This document shows positions 39,010-52,262 of a DNA stretch of 64,000 nt, piece by piece (the first letter of the stretch is position 1; each line of letters opens with the position of its first letter). Made by a program: the position numbers and the translations under genes. Source of the stretch: Octopus vulgaris (lineage: Eukaryota); the NCBI GenBank assembly GCA_951406725.2, contig OX597817.1, positions 94,426,001-94,490,000 on the forward strand, given 5' to 3'. The notes below the pieces were generated by a model that saw only the letters and a program-made list of their open reading frames with translations, made no database searches and had not been told where the DNA came from.

Positions 39010-39960
39010 TCAGACTTTATGGGGAAATCCCACGATGTCTTGTAATTATCCTTTTCTATTACAGCCTCTGGTTCATGTTCTTATTACTTTTCTTTTTTTT
39101 TTTTGAAGCCACTTACTTGGCTATCATCCCAATGCACTCTTTTGTATACATAGTCACGTCTTCGCTTATACACGTTTTGTGCTAGTATACTGCGCTCATT
39201 CAAAAGGTGACTGATATTTTAATCTCCTTTCCTACAGATTCAATATTTGCTGTGACTGAGTTTTGTCGACCTTTGCTCTAATCAGATATGTTTTAAGGGC
39301 TTATTTCTGTGGGGTTATAATTAACATTTCTGTCTCTCGTTTCAAGTTCTCATCTCTCAAACAAGCCAGTCATGTTTACTTCCAACGTTCTCGGCTTGTT
39401 GCATGAATTGGCCATGTAGTTCTGTTTCTTTTCACATGTTTGTTTTATTGTTCTTCCTTTTCTTTTTGAATTCTTTTGCTGTTTTGGCACTTTTGGTGTA
39501 TCTCTGGCTCTCAGTAGTATTCTTTCTTTACTCTGTATAACATAATTTTTCAGATCCAAGATCGCAGTATTAACAGAGTCTTCTGCGTTTAGTAATCATC
39601 TACCGCCTTCCTTTCTTGGTAGGTAGAGGCGATCGGTATTGCTTTTGAGGTGGAGTGTGTTGTGCATTTTGAGCAGCTTTCTAGTTCTCCTGCCCAAGTT
39701 TTGTACCTCGACTTTTGTCCATTTCAGAAAGGGAGCAGAGAATCCCAGTACAGGCATAACCCGTGTATCTATGGCTTTAATGATGTTCCACCTATTTAAT
39801 TTTGTTTCGAGCAACTTCTTAATTCTCCTCTTTACTCTTTAGTGATTTCTTTCATTTCTCCTTCCATTACTTTAAAGTCTTGCAGCATTCCTAGATATCT
39901 GTAACCCTCGTTATTCCACAGCGATCTAATGGTGTTGTCTTGTGGTAATTTTTTACCTTC
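39010..39960 (-). mobile_element. Third R4/Dong-like fragment (post-RT region)
   Basis: ORF 39596..39814 TKLNRWNIIKAIDT...RRTRKLLKMHNTLHLKSNTDRLYLPRKEGGR parallels 36880-37100. Confidence 0.8.
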
Positions 39961-39964
39961 AGAG

Positions 39965-40830
39965 TTTACCAGAGACGAGGTAAACGAAGAATCGCGAGCG
40001 CTTTGCTAGCGCGAGAATGACGCTCGACCATTTCTTCAATGTGTTGTCTGAGCTCGGACGTATGTGCGCTGTTGCATGTAGAAACAAAAGCAGAGGTGCT
40101 ACACGCTAAAAAAGCTAGAATTCGGTCCATAGCAGACTGCAACGGATGTGTGCTCTCTGATTTCAGGCATATGAGCGCGATGATTCTGCAGCAGTTCACC
40201 CAACTGCTTTCGAGGAGCGGGGAACTTGTGTTGGTAGGTATTGATGCCTTCCTCAACACTTTGGGCAGAGGGTCTGAGTATTGCGAGAATATGATGTTAG
40301 CTGAGGAAATTGACGATGTTCTTATTCGGTGAAAATCGACTGGATTGGGTGGCCTGCCTCATTAACTACCTTTTTGAGGAAGTTAATACGTAACTGACTC
40401 ATAACTCTGCTCAACACAGAGTTAAAGACTTTAGCAATGCTTCTCATCAAGAATCTGGTGGTTATCGGAAGTGTAGTCAGATTTAACCCCAACATCCGCC
40501 TTATACGATAGATCATAAAGCGGGCTGGGAATAGATCTGACTTTGGCGACGCGCTGGTCAATTTGGAGCAGTCCAAGTCTTTTAACAGGCTAGACAATCA
40601 CTAGCTGGAAGCTGTCCTGTGAGCTCTGTGTTTCGGTCCCGGCTTCAGATAGTGGATCACTACAATGTACAGTAACATCTGTTTGGTAGTCCGATTAAAC
40701 GGTCACTTCTTGGCACCTTTCGGCGTCAAACTATCAGTCTGCCAAGGATGCCTCCTCTCTTCTCCCTTCTCCCTTCTCCTATAGCTTTGTTTCTGGAGTT
40801 TTTACTGTTAAAGATAGAGCGTCTGCGTGT
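39965..40830 (+). mobile_element. Degenerate L1/Tx1-clade RT fragment
   Basis: ITLLNTELKTLA, ALVNLEQSKSFNRLD (compare LDQEKAFDRVD), FGPGFR*WITTMY, SVCQGCLLS (compare GVRQGCPLS). Confidence 0.8.
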
Positions 40831-41586
40831 TTGAAGAGTGTCTCTCTCGAGCTGGGTCACGGTTATCTCTCTCCATCTCCTTCTCGCCATTGCCTCTTTT
40901 CCCTCTCTCCCCCTCCCTCTCTTTCTCTACCTCCCCTTTCTTTATCTGTCATTTCGACTTTTATTTTGTCTTTCTTGAAAAGGAAAGCTTTTGCCTTGCA
41001 TTTTGTAGCTATTGTTAATTATTTTCTATTACTTTTACTTAATAGTTCTAGTTGCGAAGAGTCTAACTTTTTGAGCTCTTGGATAAATGATCTTAATATA
41101 CAAAAAATTGGGGTGGTAGAATATTGTCAATGCTGTCATTACTTATCTGGATTTTCATCTAATATTGCGATACAACAGGAACGTGTTTACGTTCCTGTTG
41201 CATCAAGATTTCATCAACTTCTTCAAATTTCGTCCAGAGAGAAAGGTGAGGGTAGACACAAAGAAGCTACAACTCCATAAAATTGTTGAAAGCGATGTGA
41301 AATATGCTAGTATAGTTCGAGTGTATTGACCTATTTTCAGCTAAGGCAGAAACGTGATAAAAGATTGTTGCCCGTAACAGTAAGTGTAATTCAGGATTTG
41401 TGGGGTTTTCTGATGCCAAATGCTTACCCTCTAGTATTTTGAATTTCATTGATCTTTTTTTCTATACTTGAGTCTGTTTTCTGACTTTTGAGTCTACTTA
41501 ATCCTCAATTTTTTTTTTTAATTTCTCCTTGTATATCGTCCTTCTGGCAAATTAAGAAACGATTGTCATTATTTTTAATAGCACAA

Positions 41587-41745
<159 letters not shown>

Positions 41746-42392
41746 GGTATTGTTTTGGTAATATTCTGTATGTTATCAGCGTTCTACATCTCACGACCTA
41801 AACGAGAACCACACTTCTAGACGTTGTTACTACTGGTGTAATTAATATTCAAAAGAAGCTATTATTATTATTTTCTTATTCCTTGTTTTGCATATGATGA
41901 CACTTTGAAAGGTTGTTTCATCGCATCTTCTCCTCATAAAATCCCCAAAACGAGCAACATTTCCACCATTTGCAATCATAAATCATATTTATGTTGCAAA
42001 CAGCAGGTTCATTTCACCGTATATCACATTAATTTATTTTCCTTTTTCTTCGTCTCTCTCTCTCTTTCTCTGTCTGCCCGTCTGTCTCTCTCTCACCCTT
42101 TATCTCTCTCACTCTTTATCTCTCTCACTCTTTATCTCTCTCACCCTCTCTCTCTCTTTCTTTCTCCCCCACTTTCTCTCTAATGTCTTTTTCTGTTCTG
42201 TGTACGTGTGTGTATGTCTGTATGTCAGTCGTTCCTTCTATTCTTTACCACTTGTGCTGTTTGCCCATGTTTGTCTATGAGAGCTGTTCCACTGTACACT
42301 TTCAGCATTAGTTAACAAGGCATACATATACACATACACACTTAGACATACATATGTATATGTATATGCATGTACACACACAGATATGTGTG

Positions 42393-42428
<36 letters not shown>

Positions 42429-42432
<4 letters not shown>

Positions 42433-42730
42433 GAAAAACAAAAGACGAAGACAGGTGTGTGAACAACAAGCAGGTGTATTAGTTTGTCGCTCGGAAAAGT
42501 GAGAAAGTCTTTTACGTTTCGAGCCTACGCTCTTCAACAGAAAAGAATGAGAAAATAAACAGAGAGAGAAAAATAAACTTCTGGATTTAGCGATCAATCA
42601 TGGTGACTGGGGGCTGGAATGGGGATGGGGGTGTGGAATGTGGATGGGGTGTGGAATGTGGATGGGAGTGTGGAATGGAGGTATGGAGCAGGGGTGGTGT
42701 ATGTGGGAGTGGGGTGTATGGAGAGGGTAT
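42429..42730 (-). mobile_element. Solo pseudo-LTR of the Neptune-type family
   Basis: Homologous to 18037-18230; ends at (TA)n; carries the hammerhead variant at 42509-42545. Confidence 0.8.
42509..42545 (-). ncRNA. Minimal hammerhead variant (CUGUUGA core)
   Basis: ctttt-CTGTTGA-a-gagc gtag gctc-GAAAC-GTA-aaag. Confidence 0.6.
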
Positions 42731-43018
42731 CAATGAACTTATATGCATATATACGTACATACAAATCTAGTACACTATTTAAGTTAAATTATATTTATTT
42801 GGAATATTTACTAGAAGCTAAGAGCTTCGTAGATCATTACTGCATGATTCTCGAGTCGATTGTCTGCATGATTCTCGAGTCGATTCTGTTGAGACGATTG
42901 TCTGAAGATGATCATTAGCTGAGAGTGATGATTTGTAACTCCCAGTTTTTAATGCTTATGTTCATTTATATATAATGTATGCACACACACTCATGCAAAC
43001 TCCCACGTGGATGCATGT

Positions 43019-43096
<78 letters not shown>

Positions 43097-43658
43097 ATAT
43101 ATTTAAAATTTAAAGAGAACAAAAGATGGAGAAATATTGATGAACAACAATTGACTTACATCAATTATTATTTATTAACTCAATACAAATAGGCTGCGTC
43201 CCATCTAACAGTTGTTTCTGCTTCCAATGTTGTATAGTATTGCCGTTGATATGCTAAAAATATTTTGGTAATAAAACCGATATGAAACTTGTGAATCTCT
43301 TTGGGACGTTAAGTAAATGACTGAGCTTAAAATATTATTTGGCTGATTGATCTATATATTGTTAAGCCAATTAGCTGTTTAATTGACTAGTCAACTCACT
43401 GATTAGGTGCACGAATCAGAGCAGCAGTCTGATTTGTGACTTTATAATCTTCCAATTTAGGCCACTTACCCTAGTTATTACCTCCTCTTAACCATGAATA
43501 TTTTCTTACGGAATAAATTCTTTTCATTGTTTTTACTAATTTCACATTCCTATTTAATTTTGATTCCTGATAATCTCATGCTTGTCATTGTCTTTACCAA
43601 TAATTTAAGAATATAATATGTTTGCATATGCATGCCCAACTCAGCTAACCTATATATA

Positions 43659-43689
<31 letters not shown>

Positions 43690-43870
43690 ATATGTATGCA
43701 TATATATGTATGTATATATATGTGTATATATATATATGTATATATATACATATATATATATATGTATATATGTATGTATATATATACATATATATATGCA
43801 TACATGCATAAATATATATTTATATAAACACATCCTTTCGTTTAGTGTGTGTGTGTATATATATTTACAT

Positions 43871-43926
<56 letters not shown>

Positions 43927-45640
43927 CTGTTGACGTCACTCACTCTTATACTCAGAGGCCATATTGAAAATTTATCATCACTGACATTTGTTTGAATATA
44001 TATATATAGATCTAACCAGATACTGACTCACATCAAATCAATCATGTTTTCATAAGAACAATAAACTCTCTGTATTTGTTTTTATTCTTTGTACTTTTCT
44101 AATAAAGATGATGCTTGTCTGAAAGCTGTGATCGAGCAACGCGCCTTGGCAGGAATTTACGAATGATAACTATTTGGAATAATTACACACGAACTTTATC
44201 AAAGATGCACATAATTTTATTTTGTGACTAACTGAATGACTTTGCAAAAGCCATATGTGCATTACAGTTACAACTTTTTCGAGTACGCAGCAGAATATAA
44301 CTGCTTAAATAGAAGTAAATGTGGTATTCAAAATACATCAATACTTAAGTACAGTACATAAAGGTACCTATGTTTATTTAAGCTTTATCATATATAACTT
44401 GATACACCAACCAAAACTGAATTCTCTGTGGGTTCGCTCGATCAGAAAAAAGTAACAGCCTAAACATTCTCAGATCACACACCTTTCTGTCTAAAATAAT
44501 GCAGTCCCAGATATTGCTAGAATGGTTCGATCGTCAAGACGAGGACGGTTTTGGTCATGTCACTGCTCAATCAAGGCTAACCTGTGGTTAAATTTCATCA
44601 CATCTGTTTGTGCACACAAGCTCATGTTATCAGTAAATAGATTTTGGTCTTTCTATTTAGAATTGTTTTTACGTATATCATACATCCACCCGCACACACG
44701 CACACACAACTACACATACGCACTTAAAACGAACACCTACATACAGGAACAAACACACGCACACACCGCACACACAAACACATATACATATAGGCAATGC
44801 GTCTTCCCAATTATACTTATTTTTCTTTCGTTCAATTGGAGGAGCATGCTGCATGCGAAAAAAAAAGAAGAAAAGCTGTTGACTACCCAAAAAAGTATAT
44901 TTTTAATGCCGATCATTATTTTCCCCATAACCACCCTGCATTGAAATTTGAAAACTTTGCAGGTTTTTATTGTTGTAGAACACAATATGTCTGAACACAA
45001 TGTGTCTGAACACAATGTGTCTGTGGACACTTATGGCACTGTGTTTACTCTCCAAGAATTTAAGGTCAACCACGTTTCATTCCAGCTGAAAATTTATCCA
45101 AGGCCACGTTCTGCAGAGATAACATGTAGTTAAGTACAGGCTGATGCACGTGATGTAGTGAACCAAAAATAATCTTTAAACAATTGTAATTGTACCGGCA
45201 ATGGAAAGAGAACTCATTAGCACTGATGACAATCCTCATCAAAGGAGGCATAGGAAAGTAGTTCAAAAATTAAATTCATTAAAACATAAACGGAGATATG
45301 ATGGAATAGGTGTCTATCTGATCTCTAGCATGTATGGTAACAACTCAGTACGTTTCATATGTGAGTTCGACATTGTATGGTCTCGTATGTTTTAGATACA
45401 TACCAGATCATAGAATAGTTATAATTGAATATACTTTGGGTGTGATAATAGTTCACTGCCAAGACAATTTAAAATAATAACATTGGGAAAAATATTCTTC
45501 ATTTGCCTTCTGTACGAAGAACATGCAGTTAAGTACAATCTACCATACACAAGGTAGAGAACCATTGTTTCTTCTCATGGCAGGATTAATTTCAATTGAT
45601 TAATAACTTATTTTTGGTTCTATACATTAATTAGCTGATT

Positions 45641-45980
45641 GTGAAGGCGCATGGCTCAATGGTTAGAGCGTCGGGCTTACGATCATGAGGTTATGAGTTC
45701 GAATCTCGAACCGGGCTGCGTGTTGTGTTCTTGAGCAAGACACTTAATTTCACGTTGCTCCAGTTCACTCAGCTATAGAAATGAGTTGCGACGTCACAGG
45801 TGCCAAACTGTATCGGCCTTTGCCTTTCCCTTGGATAACACTGGTGGCGTGGAGAGGGCAGGCCGGTATGCATGGACGACTGCAGGTCTTCATATAAAAA
45901 ACGACCTTGCCCGGACTTGTGCCTGGGAGGGTTACTTTCTAAGTGCAATCCCATGGTCAGTCGTGACCGAAGGGGGTCTC
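45641..45980 (+). mobile_element. tRNA-derived SINE, near full length
   Basis: A box TGGCTCAATGG, B box GAGTTCGAATC, central gtgttcttgagcaagacac segment, tail gtcgtgaccgaagggggtctc. Confidence 0.85.
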
Positions 45981-46273
45981 AAAATTAGCTGGCACTTAAC
46001 TAACTCCAGATGTGTTTACACATAGTATATTGTTTTGAAGTGAAGTACAGTATGCTGTTGTAATTGTTGTTTAACTCCAAGTCGATACTGATCGAGCTGA
46101 CCTAATTAAAGACATCTTCACTGTGACCATCTCATTTTTGTATAATTTGGTTTACATTATAATGTTTTGTTTGGTTTTTTCAAGAGAACGGGATGTCATT
46201 TGAAAGAATTTGACTCATGTTTCTGACAGATCGAAGGACCACAACATATAAGATCCCTACTTGGCTCTTAAAT

Positions 46274-46530
46274 AATTGCATGTAGTGCCGTTTATATACT
46301 GTATTATGTATATACAGTGCATGTACAGGATATTATGTATATACGGTACACATACGGTATTATGCATATACGTATTGTGTATATTCAAGTTATTATATAT
46401 ATACGGTTTGTTTATCTAGTATTACGTATATGCAGTGTATATACGGGGTATTATGTATATACTCGATATGATGCATATATGGTCAATATATCGGATATTA
46501 TGTAAGGTATATTTATCGAGTAATATGTAT
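46274..46530. repeat. Degenerate minisatellite (gtattatgtatatacgg-like units)
   Basis: Recurring tattatg(t/c)atatac units. Confidence 0.6.
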
Positions 46531-47476
46531 GAATTGTGTATAGACTGGCTGCCCATTTCCAGTGAATTATTAATCATTTCTATATCGTTAAGTATTCTTT
46601 CCACAGACAATAATGTGCCAATCAAGTTCCATAGTCAAAATAATCATCGCTACAAATACCTGGCCTTGTGCTTCACTTAGACATTAGTATTAGGAAATAC
46701 ACTGCAGGTTTGGGTAAAATGGTCGCTTCACAAATATATAGTCTCAGTTTCAACTCTACTGCCTTGTGCAATTGTCTTCTACACAGATTCGAGTTGACAA
46801 CTAATTTGTGCGTGGAAATCTGTCGCTTGTATACGTATATGTATGTGTGAATGTATGCGTTTATGTGTGCATGCGTGTGTGTGTGTATAAACGCACGCAC
46901 AAGTACACACGCATATTTGTATTAATCTCCATCCTTAGAAATTTTGTGAAAGCAAGAGTTTTCAAGTTGTATGGAATATGATGAGGTTTATTCTTATCAG
47001 TGGTGCCGCTTCCTTAATTTAACGGCTTCTGCAGCCCAGCAGACGTCCGAAAGTCCTATGAGAACATTTACTATTTAACATGCAAGACATTTTACATTAT
47101 TCTTATTCAAAGCACGAACATAAGACTAAACTCTCTGACGACCGCAATATATCAATAAATATCTGCGTACTTTATTTTTCTTTCTTTGATTTCACATCAT
47201 TATATACGTACATATAGACACTGCTACATATATACGTAGATACATACATACATACATGCATACATACACACATACATACATACATACATTCATACATACA
47301 TACATACATACACACACACATACATACATACATCCATACATACATACATACATATATGCAAAAAAATTCTTACACATACATATACATACACATTTTATCT
47401 ATGTAACTATATACATACATATTGCGCATACATACGCATATATAATTATATAAATGTTAGTGTGATTACGTGTGAG

Positions 47477-47517
<41 letters not shown>

Positions 47518-48059
47518 GCATACATGCATATATATAAATAATACATATGCGTATGTATATGTTTATATATGTATGTATGGGTATATATATATATATATAT
47601 ATAGGTTTACGTATGTGCTGTATATACATACATGTGTATGTATGTGTCTGTATTAACATAAAATACTTTCTATATGGATATTTACACACAGAAAGGAGTA
47701 TTTCTTTTGACGTTTATCCTAATGTAATGAAGAACAGTAAGGGAGATAAACATTTCTTTCTTATTGACGATCACAAATATATTAGGTTATTACCTAATAG
47801 ATATTGTTAAGTTACACATCGCCAGACCAATCCGCGCACGTATCCATAATCCTAAAATTATTAAATGTTATGTGCTTATGTACGTGTGTATGTGTGTGCG
47901 TATGTGTGTGTATCTATGTGTTTGTGTATGCGTGCGTGCGTTTATGTATGTACGTGTCTGTGTGCGAGCGTATGTGTGATATGTCTAAACATTAATTTTC
48001 ATTCGACTCCATCTTTTTCACGTTTACGTTTGTAATGTCTGTCTGTCTGTCTATCTCTT

Positions 48060-48094
<35 letters not shown>

Positions 48095-48289
48095 CTCTCT
48101 CTCTCTCTACACACAAACACTAGCAATGCATCACGGGGTTGCCCGGCTGTTATGACCTACAGCCACATTGTATTGTTTGTTCCTTTCTTATAGGAGAATC
48201 GGCACAGCTGATATATAGTGAACTGGATAACTGCGTAATGGAAGTTATTGAGTGTTTAAAAGTGAAGTGAGGGGAGTACAATCTGCAAG

Positions 48290-48815
48290 CGTTAGCACAA
48301 CAGACCTGATATAATGATTTGGGATTAAGAAGAGAAACTGTTTACAGTTGTGGAAATTAGCTACCCAGCGGATGTTAACAACGCTGAAGACCAGCGAAAA
48401 AGAAAATAACCTACGCTGAACTATTGAGAAATCTGCAGTTACTCTATCCAGATTACAAGTTCAGATTTATGCCTGTAACTATTGGGGCACTGGGATATGT
48501 AGCACACTGCCTAAATACCAATCATGAGAAATTAGACTTCTCAAAACCAGAAAGGAGAAAACTAATTCGAAGACTACAGATCCAATCCATCACTAGAACT
48601 GTAAAATTCTGTAAAACTTTCCAGAAGTTTATCATTTAAGTATATATGGGTATGTCTAGATATTTAATTATATGCACGAGAATATAAAGCAAAACTTACA
48701 AATCTGCACATATACATATATACATGCAAACAAAAATACCCTGTTGGTGATATTGAGATTCCAATGAAGGAGTCTTGGATCTATTGGCAAGAAATCTTGA
48801 AATAAAACTGAAGTC
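48290..48815 (+). mobile_element. 3' end of an RLE-type non-LTR element (R4/NeSL-like)
   Basis: HNRPDIMIWD...VVEISYP (PD..E nuclease), PVTIGALG, stop at 48639, UTR with AATAAA and (CATA)n tail. Confidence 0.8.
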
Positions 48816-49435
48816 ATACATACATACGTGTGTGAGAGGTATTTGTATGTTTGTATGTATGTATGTACGTGCGTATATATGTATGTATTACAGACGAATG
48901 AATTATGGTATTGCTACATTTGTTTCATTAGAAGTCTATTGGAGAATATGCATAATACAATTGGTTAGAAAGAGGAACATGTCACACTATTTACCAAGTC
49001 ATGAAGCTGAATAAGCGATCAATGATTTGTTGATCAATCAGCAGATCAACAAGTTTTGATTAATCAACAAGTGAACTCTCACTTGTTTATTTGGAAGCCT
49101 GATGAGTTGGGAGTTATGTAACATATTACACAATCTGTTATGTTTATATCACAATAAAGACGCCTAATAAGACAATTGTAGTAAGACTAGATAACCCATT
49201 CGTCTGTTTTTATTATGTTTTATCACCACCCACAAGTTTCCATTCATTTTGGATAATTATAGATACTATTGGATTCGTGGATTACTTAACAAAAGTAAAA
49301 TTCCCTCATCGATGCATTCTGTGCTAAGATAATGGATAATTAACTGCATGCTTTGCATTACGCTATCTAGCCGACTTATGGCGTTCTTCATTTTGATTTG
49401 GCTTGATCCTTTATGGATACCCTGTAATCAAAACT

Positions 49436-49954
49436 CCGAGGTGGTATCATAAAGTTCTGGACTAGTTCTGTAGCGCACCAACAGATGGCAGCACACGGTT
49501 GCGTGGGCAATGAGAGCTATCAGTGACCTTCATGAGGCAGTGTGCCAAGTGACATTGCTGTATTTACTTCACAAATAATAAAATTTGTGTCTTCGTGATC
49601 ACGTGTATGCTGTAGTCTGCGATTTTTGTCATGCACAAGAACAAAGAATCAACGTCAAATTTTCTGTTAAACTTGGGAAGTCTGCTACAGAGGCATTAAG
49701 CATGCTTCGGCAAGCTTACGGCGACGAGGCAATGGGTCGTACGCAATGTCTGGAGAGGCACGGCGCTTCAAAAACGGAAGAACGGCCCTAGAAGACAATG
49801 AGCGATCTGAAAGAACTTCCACGAGCGTCACCTACTGAAATGGAGAGAAAATTCATCAGCTTATGCATGAGGATCGTCGGGGGAGATGATGTTAAAACTT
49901 AGATAAATGAGTTATTTTTTATTAAACATAACTAGTCCGGGAACGTTTTGATAC
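49436..49954 (+). mobile_element. Non-autonomous mariner element with TIRs
   Basis: TIRs gtatcataaagttctggactagtt (49444-49467) and aactagtccgggaacgttttgatac (49930-49954). EQRINVKFSVKLGKSATEALSMLRQAYGDEAM is a mariner N-terminus; the catalytic domain is deleted. Confidence 0.88.
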
Positions 49955-49984
49955 ATACATACACGTATTTTATATATATAAGTG

Positions 49985-50770
49985 TCATAGCCAGCCACAT
50001 CCTTGCTGTATTCTTGGGATATTCTTCTGTTTGGATTTCAGATAGTGACATTAGAGGGTCGAGGGTGGGTGGTATAATGGAAAGATTTCCAGCATAGGTG
50101 TTAGAATTCTGTGCGTTTAGCATATCGACAGCATGAATGGGAGTAGGTGGGCTTGATTACGGCTAGTGAAGAGAGCGTTAATGTTGTAGGGAGCGGTATG
50201 GTGCGAGTTTAAGCTAGTGGAATCATTACCGCTGCGACTATTTGTAGTTGTGGCAGAGTTGCTACAGATGCTATCCCTATAAGTGGTAAGCTGACTGAAG
50301 TCAGTATTATAACATCTATTAACTGACATGACTTACACTCTGTTGGTATTGTTGTGTCGGTTGAGATAGTAATGATAGGAGGAATCTTAATGCTATAATT
50401 ATTATTGTTGTTTTTCCTACTGCGATTTTTATTGGGAGCGGTGCTGCTATGGGTATTATTACTATTCCGAGACATGGAAATCTGTGTCTTATTCAGGCTA
50501 GCTATAATTGTATCTAGATTGGGGAGTGTTGAGTAGGAAACCCTAACGTTTCTACGGGAGAATAAACGATAATGTGTGAGGGGAGAGTTGCGCTTTAGTA
50601 TACTAAATCATTTTCTACTTGCATTAGTATCTATTATGAAATTGAAGGGAGGTTATACCATATTACGCCATGTTTCTTCCTGTTTTTATCTTGGTGTATG
50701 CTATGCTTCCTATCCCCATATTTAGATTGGGGCTTGAGTGAAGAAGTTTTGTTTTTATTTTTATCTACAT
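49985..50770 (-). mobile_element. Fragment of a second, diverged Naiad-type PLE (post-RT region + Asn/Ser-rich linker)
   Basis: Minus strand ~50680-50480: VIWYN(PPF)NFIIDTNASRK*FSILKRNSP..HYRLFSRRNVRVSYSTLPNLDTIIASLN aligns with CIWFVIPF...RNFPRNSRYHSIINSHKVRIAFSNTRNLSQIISSHN of the 14463 element; then SRNSNNTHSSTAPNKNRSRKNNNNN. Confidence 0.75.
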
Positions 50771-50904
50771 TTTTATCTGCGTTGTTGCCGATATGGTCGC
50801 TGTCCGTATTGGCAGCATAGTTATTAATTGCCCTGTTATCCTTACTCGTAGTGTATATTCTCCAGACAGTATTGAAAACCCGGTCAAGTTTATTATAATT
50901 ACTA

Positions 50905-50997
50905 ACAGAAAACAGCTGCCCATGGTGCCACGCAGTAGGACTAAACCCAGAACCATGTGGTTAGAACGCAAGCTTCTTATCACATAGCCACGCCTGG
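50905..50997 (-). mobile_element. tRNA-derived SINE head fragment
   Basis: Homologous to 61330-61420. Confidence 0.65.
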
Positions 50998-52019
50998 TTA
51001 TATCTATGGTTATATGATCTTCATTATGTTAAGCCATCTATTTGACCCATCTATTGTCGAAACGGCCGTGACCAAAAAACATTTGTAATACCACTATCTC
51101 TAATCTTGTGCTTATTATAGCATACTCAGCGATTGACGAATATCTCCTGGATTGACTGAGATAACTGACTGGATTTCACAAATCTTCTTCATAAATCGTT
51201 TATACATTTAAAATTAACTACAGATTCGTTTTACATTTCCGGTAAAATGCAAATCCTAATGAATAAACCATGAAAGGTATGAATATCACCACAACATACT
51301 ACGAGGATGACTAGATAGTGAGGGAACCTGTACGTAGTCGCACAACCAACTGGAAATAGTCAACTTTCCCTCATATCACACTCTAACGTCATAGAAAATG
51401 AAACGCTGGATAACTTGTTCTTGAGGTTCTCTGGAGAAAGATGGTCACGGTTGGAACGTCTTTACTTGTAAGTTTTCTCAAAGAGCGTTGAACTGATGCT
51501 AAGCAACAACAATAATCAGACGTAATATTTTAAAGCTATACTTCAACATTACGTACTAAGTCACATGGTTACTTGCTCGCCTTCTCCTCCATGTTGACAT
51601 GGTGTAAACAACCGACAAACTGACAAGGTCAGCTTCTTCGCCTTTCACTTGATTAATTGCTTCAGCAATCGAACAGAAGGAAGTTTTCACTGAAACATCC
51701 CAAGAAATCGATATTTATTTATGTATAAGAGATCAATAATATCGCCAAGCAATCAATACACTCCATTGGTGCATTTGTATGTGTAGAACACGGATACACA
51801 CATATATATGCATATATTTATATACACACATGTATACGCATATATGTGTGTATATGTTTATATACGTGTATATATTTATATATACAGAGATATGTATATA
51901 TGTATATGTATGTAGATAAATATGCACATGTATGCGTATGCGTGTATACACACACACACATATATATATATACACACACACATATATATGTGTGTGTATG
52001 CATATATATATATATATAT

Positions 52020-52070
<51 letters not shown>

Positions 52071-52226
52071 TAGATACATACGTGCATGCATACACACATA
52101 CGTGCACAGATACATACATACAGACAGATAGGCATGCATGCATACATACATGCATGCATACATACATACATACATACATACATACATACATACATACATA
52201 CATACATACATACATACATACATACA

Positions 52227-52262
<36 letters not shown>

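Noticed and set aside
42840-42940. CTGAAGA-tgatcat possible hammerhead start and a 24-bp tandem duplication
   Set aside because: No GAAA or stem III downstream.
44978-45022. 15-bp unit repeated three times (gaacacaat(a/g)tgtct)
   Set aside because: Simple tandem repeat without spacers; not CRISPR-like.
45641-45720. Possible tRNA gene
   Set aside because: No proper acceptor stem, and it continues into a SINE body; the same applies at 54560-54630, 59333-59400 and 61340-61420.
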